From the NCBI GenBank assembly GCA_964476065.1, contig CAYYYX010000003.1:1906-65905 (forward strand): a stretch of 64,000 nucleotides of DNA, given 5' to 3'. Origin of the DNA: an uncultured Verrucomicrobiota bacterium. GTDB lineage: Bacteria > Verrucomicrobiota > Kiritimatiellia > Kiritimatiellales > Tichowtungiaceae. The notes beneath the pieces were generated by a model, which had not been told where the DNA came from, made no database searches, and worked only from the letters and a program-made list of their open reading frames with translations. Of the stretch, positions 62,278 through 64,000 are shown piece after piece. The translations under genes were made by a program, and so were the position numbers. Position 1 is the stretch's first letter; every line of letters begins with the position of its first letter.

Positions 62278-62417
62278 CTTTTCCCAAGGGTTCATCCTGA
62301 AGGTTCACCCTGAAGGGTTGGAACCGGCGATGCCGGGTTTCCGGGCTTCCTCCTTCGCCAAGGCTACGGCGGACAGGTCGCGACGCATGGGCTACACTTT
62401 TTCCAAACTTTGAAAAC

Positions 62418-62500
62418 CTGTAGCCGCGATCCGTGATCGCGGGATCTAGGCGAGGTCACCCTCCGACGTCGCTCAGGACAGGCGGCCCCGCCCTACACTG
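62418..62500. repeat. REPIN-like element (cTGTAG + ccgcgatc/gatcgcgg hairpin ... ggcggccccgccCTACA)
   Basis: ctgtagccgcgatccgtgatcgcgggatctaggcgaggtcaccctccgacgtcgctcaggacaggcggccccgccctacac. Confidence 0.65.
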
Positions 62501-62590
62501 AAAAAAACAAGTCACACCGGTTCGCCGTAGCGATGCGAAGGCGAATGGAAACCCAATACTCCATGAATCCGATATTCCATCATTCCATTC

Positions 62591-64000
62591 TCACCTCAGT
62601 TTATAGAGGGTGCTTTCGTCGATCATGGGGCGGGCGAGGCCTTCTTCGCGGGCGACACGTTCGACTTCATCCGCCACGGCTTCGGCAACACCTTCGTCGA
62701 AAACGGACGGAATAATGTAGTCCTCGCAGAGTTTGTCGGCAGGGATCAGGTTGGCGATGGCGTGTGCCGCAGCCACCTTCATGCCTTCGCTGATGCCGCT
62801 TGCGCGACAGCGTAGCGCGCCCTTAAAGATGCCGGGGAAGCAGAGGACGTTGTTGATCTGGTTGGGGTAGTCGGAGCGGCCGGTTGCCATAATACGGGCG
62901 TGGGGCAGGGCCTCCTCGGGCATGATTTCCGGGATGGGGTTGGCCATTGCAAAGATGATCGGGTCCTTTGCCATGTTTTTGACATCTTCGGCGGTGATGC
63001 ACCCAGGGGCCGAGACGCCGAGGAATAGGTCGGCTCCGCACATACTTTCGCTGAGCGTCCCTTTTTCGCCGTTCGGATTGGTGTTTTCCGAGAACCACGT
63101 TTTTGCAAAATTCATCTTCTCGGTGCGGCCTTTGTAGATCGCACCCGTGCGGTCGAAGCCGACAATGTTTTGAACGCCCGCCTCCATGAAAATCTTGGAG
63201 CAGGCCATGCCAGCCGCGCCGACGCCGTTGACGATCACCTTGAGGTCTTCCATTTTTTTGCCGGTGATTTTCAGTGCGTTGAACAATGCCGCGAGTGAGA
63301 CGACGGCGGTTCCGTGCTGGTCGTCGTGGAACACCGGAATATCGAGCTCCGCTTTGAGGCGCTCTTCAATTTCGAAACAGCGCGGGGCCGAGATGTCTTC
63401 GAGGTTAATGCCGCCGAAGGTCGGGGCGAGCAGTTTGACTGTTTTGATGATCTCTTCGGGGTCTTTGGTATCCAGACAGATTGGGAAGGCATCGACATCG
63501 CCGAATCCTTTAAAGAGCATCGCTTTGCCTTCCATCACTGGCATGGCCGCTTCGGGGCCGATGTCGCCGAGACCCAGCACCGCCGTGCCGTCGGAGACAA
63601 TAGCGACCATGTTTTTTTTGATGGTCAGTACGTCTGCGCGGGCGACATCTTCGTTGATCGACATGCAAACACGACCCACGCCCGGGGTGTAGGCAATCGA
63701 CATTGCACCCGGCGCGGCCAGATCCATCCGGTTGAGTGTTTCAATTTTCCCACCGAGGTGTGAGCGATAGGTAATTTCATCCGCGGAGAGCACCTGAGTT
63801 CCGTCGGCCTTTTCCAAGGCCTGGATAATTTCTTCCTGATGCGCGTCGTCGCGTGCATAGGCGACAAGGCGGAAGGGGCTCTGGGTGCCTTCGGCGAGGG
63901 CGCAGACCCCTTCGGTGGAGGTGATGATTGCCTCGAGCGCGGGGCGGTCGAGGGTCGATGCGATGGTCAGATCAATGCTAAAGCTGGGGGATGGATTAAT
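62591..64000 (-). CDS. NAD(P)-dependent malic enzyme with an N-terminal ACT-like domain (5' end outside the window)
   Basis: GGKIE...AYTPGVGRVC...VSDGTAVLGLGDIGP...NGVGAAG. The frame stays open from 63817 to 64000 and encodes ...FSIDLTIASTLDRPALEAIITSTEGVCALAEG...FRLVAYARDDAHQEEIIQALEKADG, which looks ACT-like. Confidence 0.8.
   Translation of the reverse strand: MNPSPSFSIDLTIASTLDRPALEAIITSTEGVCALAEGTQSPFRLVAYARDDAHQEEIIQALEKADGTQVLSADEITYRSHLGGKIETLNRMDLAAPGAMSIAYTPGVGRVCMSINEDVARADVLTIKKNMVAIVSDGTAVLGLGDIGPEAAMPVMEGKAMLFKGFGDVDAFPICLDTKDPEEIIKTVKLLAPTFGGINLEDISAPRCFEIEERLKAELDIPVFHDDQHGTAVVSLAALFNALKITGKKMEDLKVIVNGVGAAGMACSKIFMEAGVQNIVGFDRTGAIYKGRTEKMNFAKTWFSENTNPNGEKGTLSESMCGADLFLGVSAPGCITAEDVKNMAKDPIIFAMANPIPEIMPEEALPHARIMATGRSDYPNQINNVLCFPGIFKGALRCRASGISEGMKVAAAHAIANLIPADKLCEDYIIPSVFDEGVAEAVADEVERVAREEGLARPMIDESTLYKLR

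Noticed and set aside
1-64000. Possibility that the many short repeats are a CRISPR array.
   Set aside because: There is no run of identical 25-40-nt repeats with regular unique spacers. The repeats are 15-nt palindromes or hairpin doublets at irregular spacing, many inside CDSs, and there are no cas genes.

Overview
Product calls come from reading the translated ORFs and motifs only, with no database search. Repeat coordinates were counted by hand and may be off by 1-2 nt.

This is a mostly housekeeping chromosomal segment of a moderately GC-rich diderm bacterium. The gene content and small-repeat style suggest the PVC group (Verrucomicrobia, Kiritimatiellia, Lentisphaeria), but that is a guess.

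I call about 62 protein genes:
- a complete Pho cluster: pstS, pstC, pstA, pstB, phoU, phoB, phoR
- tyrA, aroA, a cmk::plsC fusion, proS, an HU-family gene, hisS and aspS
- a radical-SAM::MnmC-like fusion, a PfkB-family kinase and nfo
- an ExeA/GspB-like pair, argC, folD and an LptF/G permease
- a CsoR-controlled copper RND efflux island: two YHS proteins, cusC, cusB, cusA and a translationally coupled fatty-acid-hydroxylase gene
- nadA-nifU-nifS, purC, xerD, rnc, a rhomboid protease, a LysM L,D-transpeptidase and accA
- folB with a pteridine-reductase-like SDR, pepA, and a malic enzyme with an N-terminal ACT domain that runs off the window end

I saw no rRNA, tRNA, CRISPR array or intact transposase. 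Accessory content is three type II toxin-antitoxin modules wedged between core genes: Phd/PIN, VapBC, and BrnTA with a frameshifted toxin.

The most unusual content is non-coding:
1. A 15-bp palindrome, TTCCAA-N3-TTGGAA, has 29 perfect copies (about 0.004 expected). It lies inside genes in all reading frames and between genes, where it forms terminator stems and clusters.
2. A directional GGAAT-arm/ATTCC-arm inverted-repeat element sits in intercistronic gaps, with its ATTCC arm ending just before the downstream gene's ribosome-binding site.
3. GTAG...CTAC REP/REPIN-like doublets occur, alongside a decayed RAYT-like transposase fragment between pstS and pstC.
4. Several further small palindromic repeat families are present.
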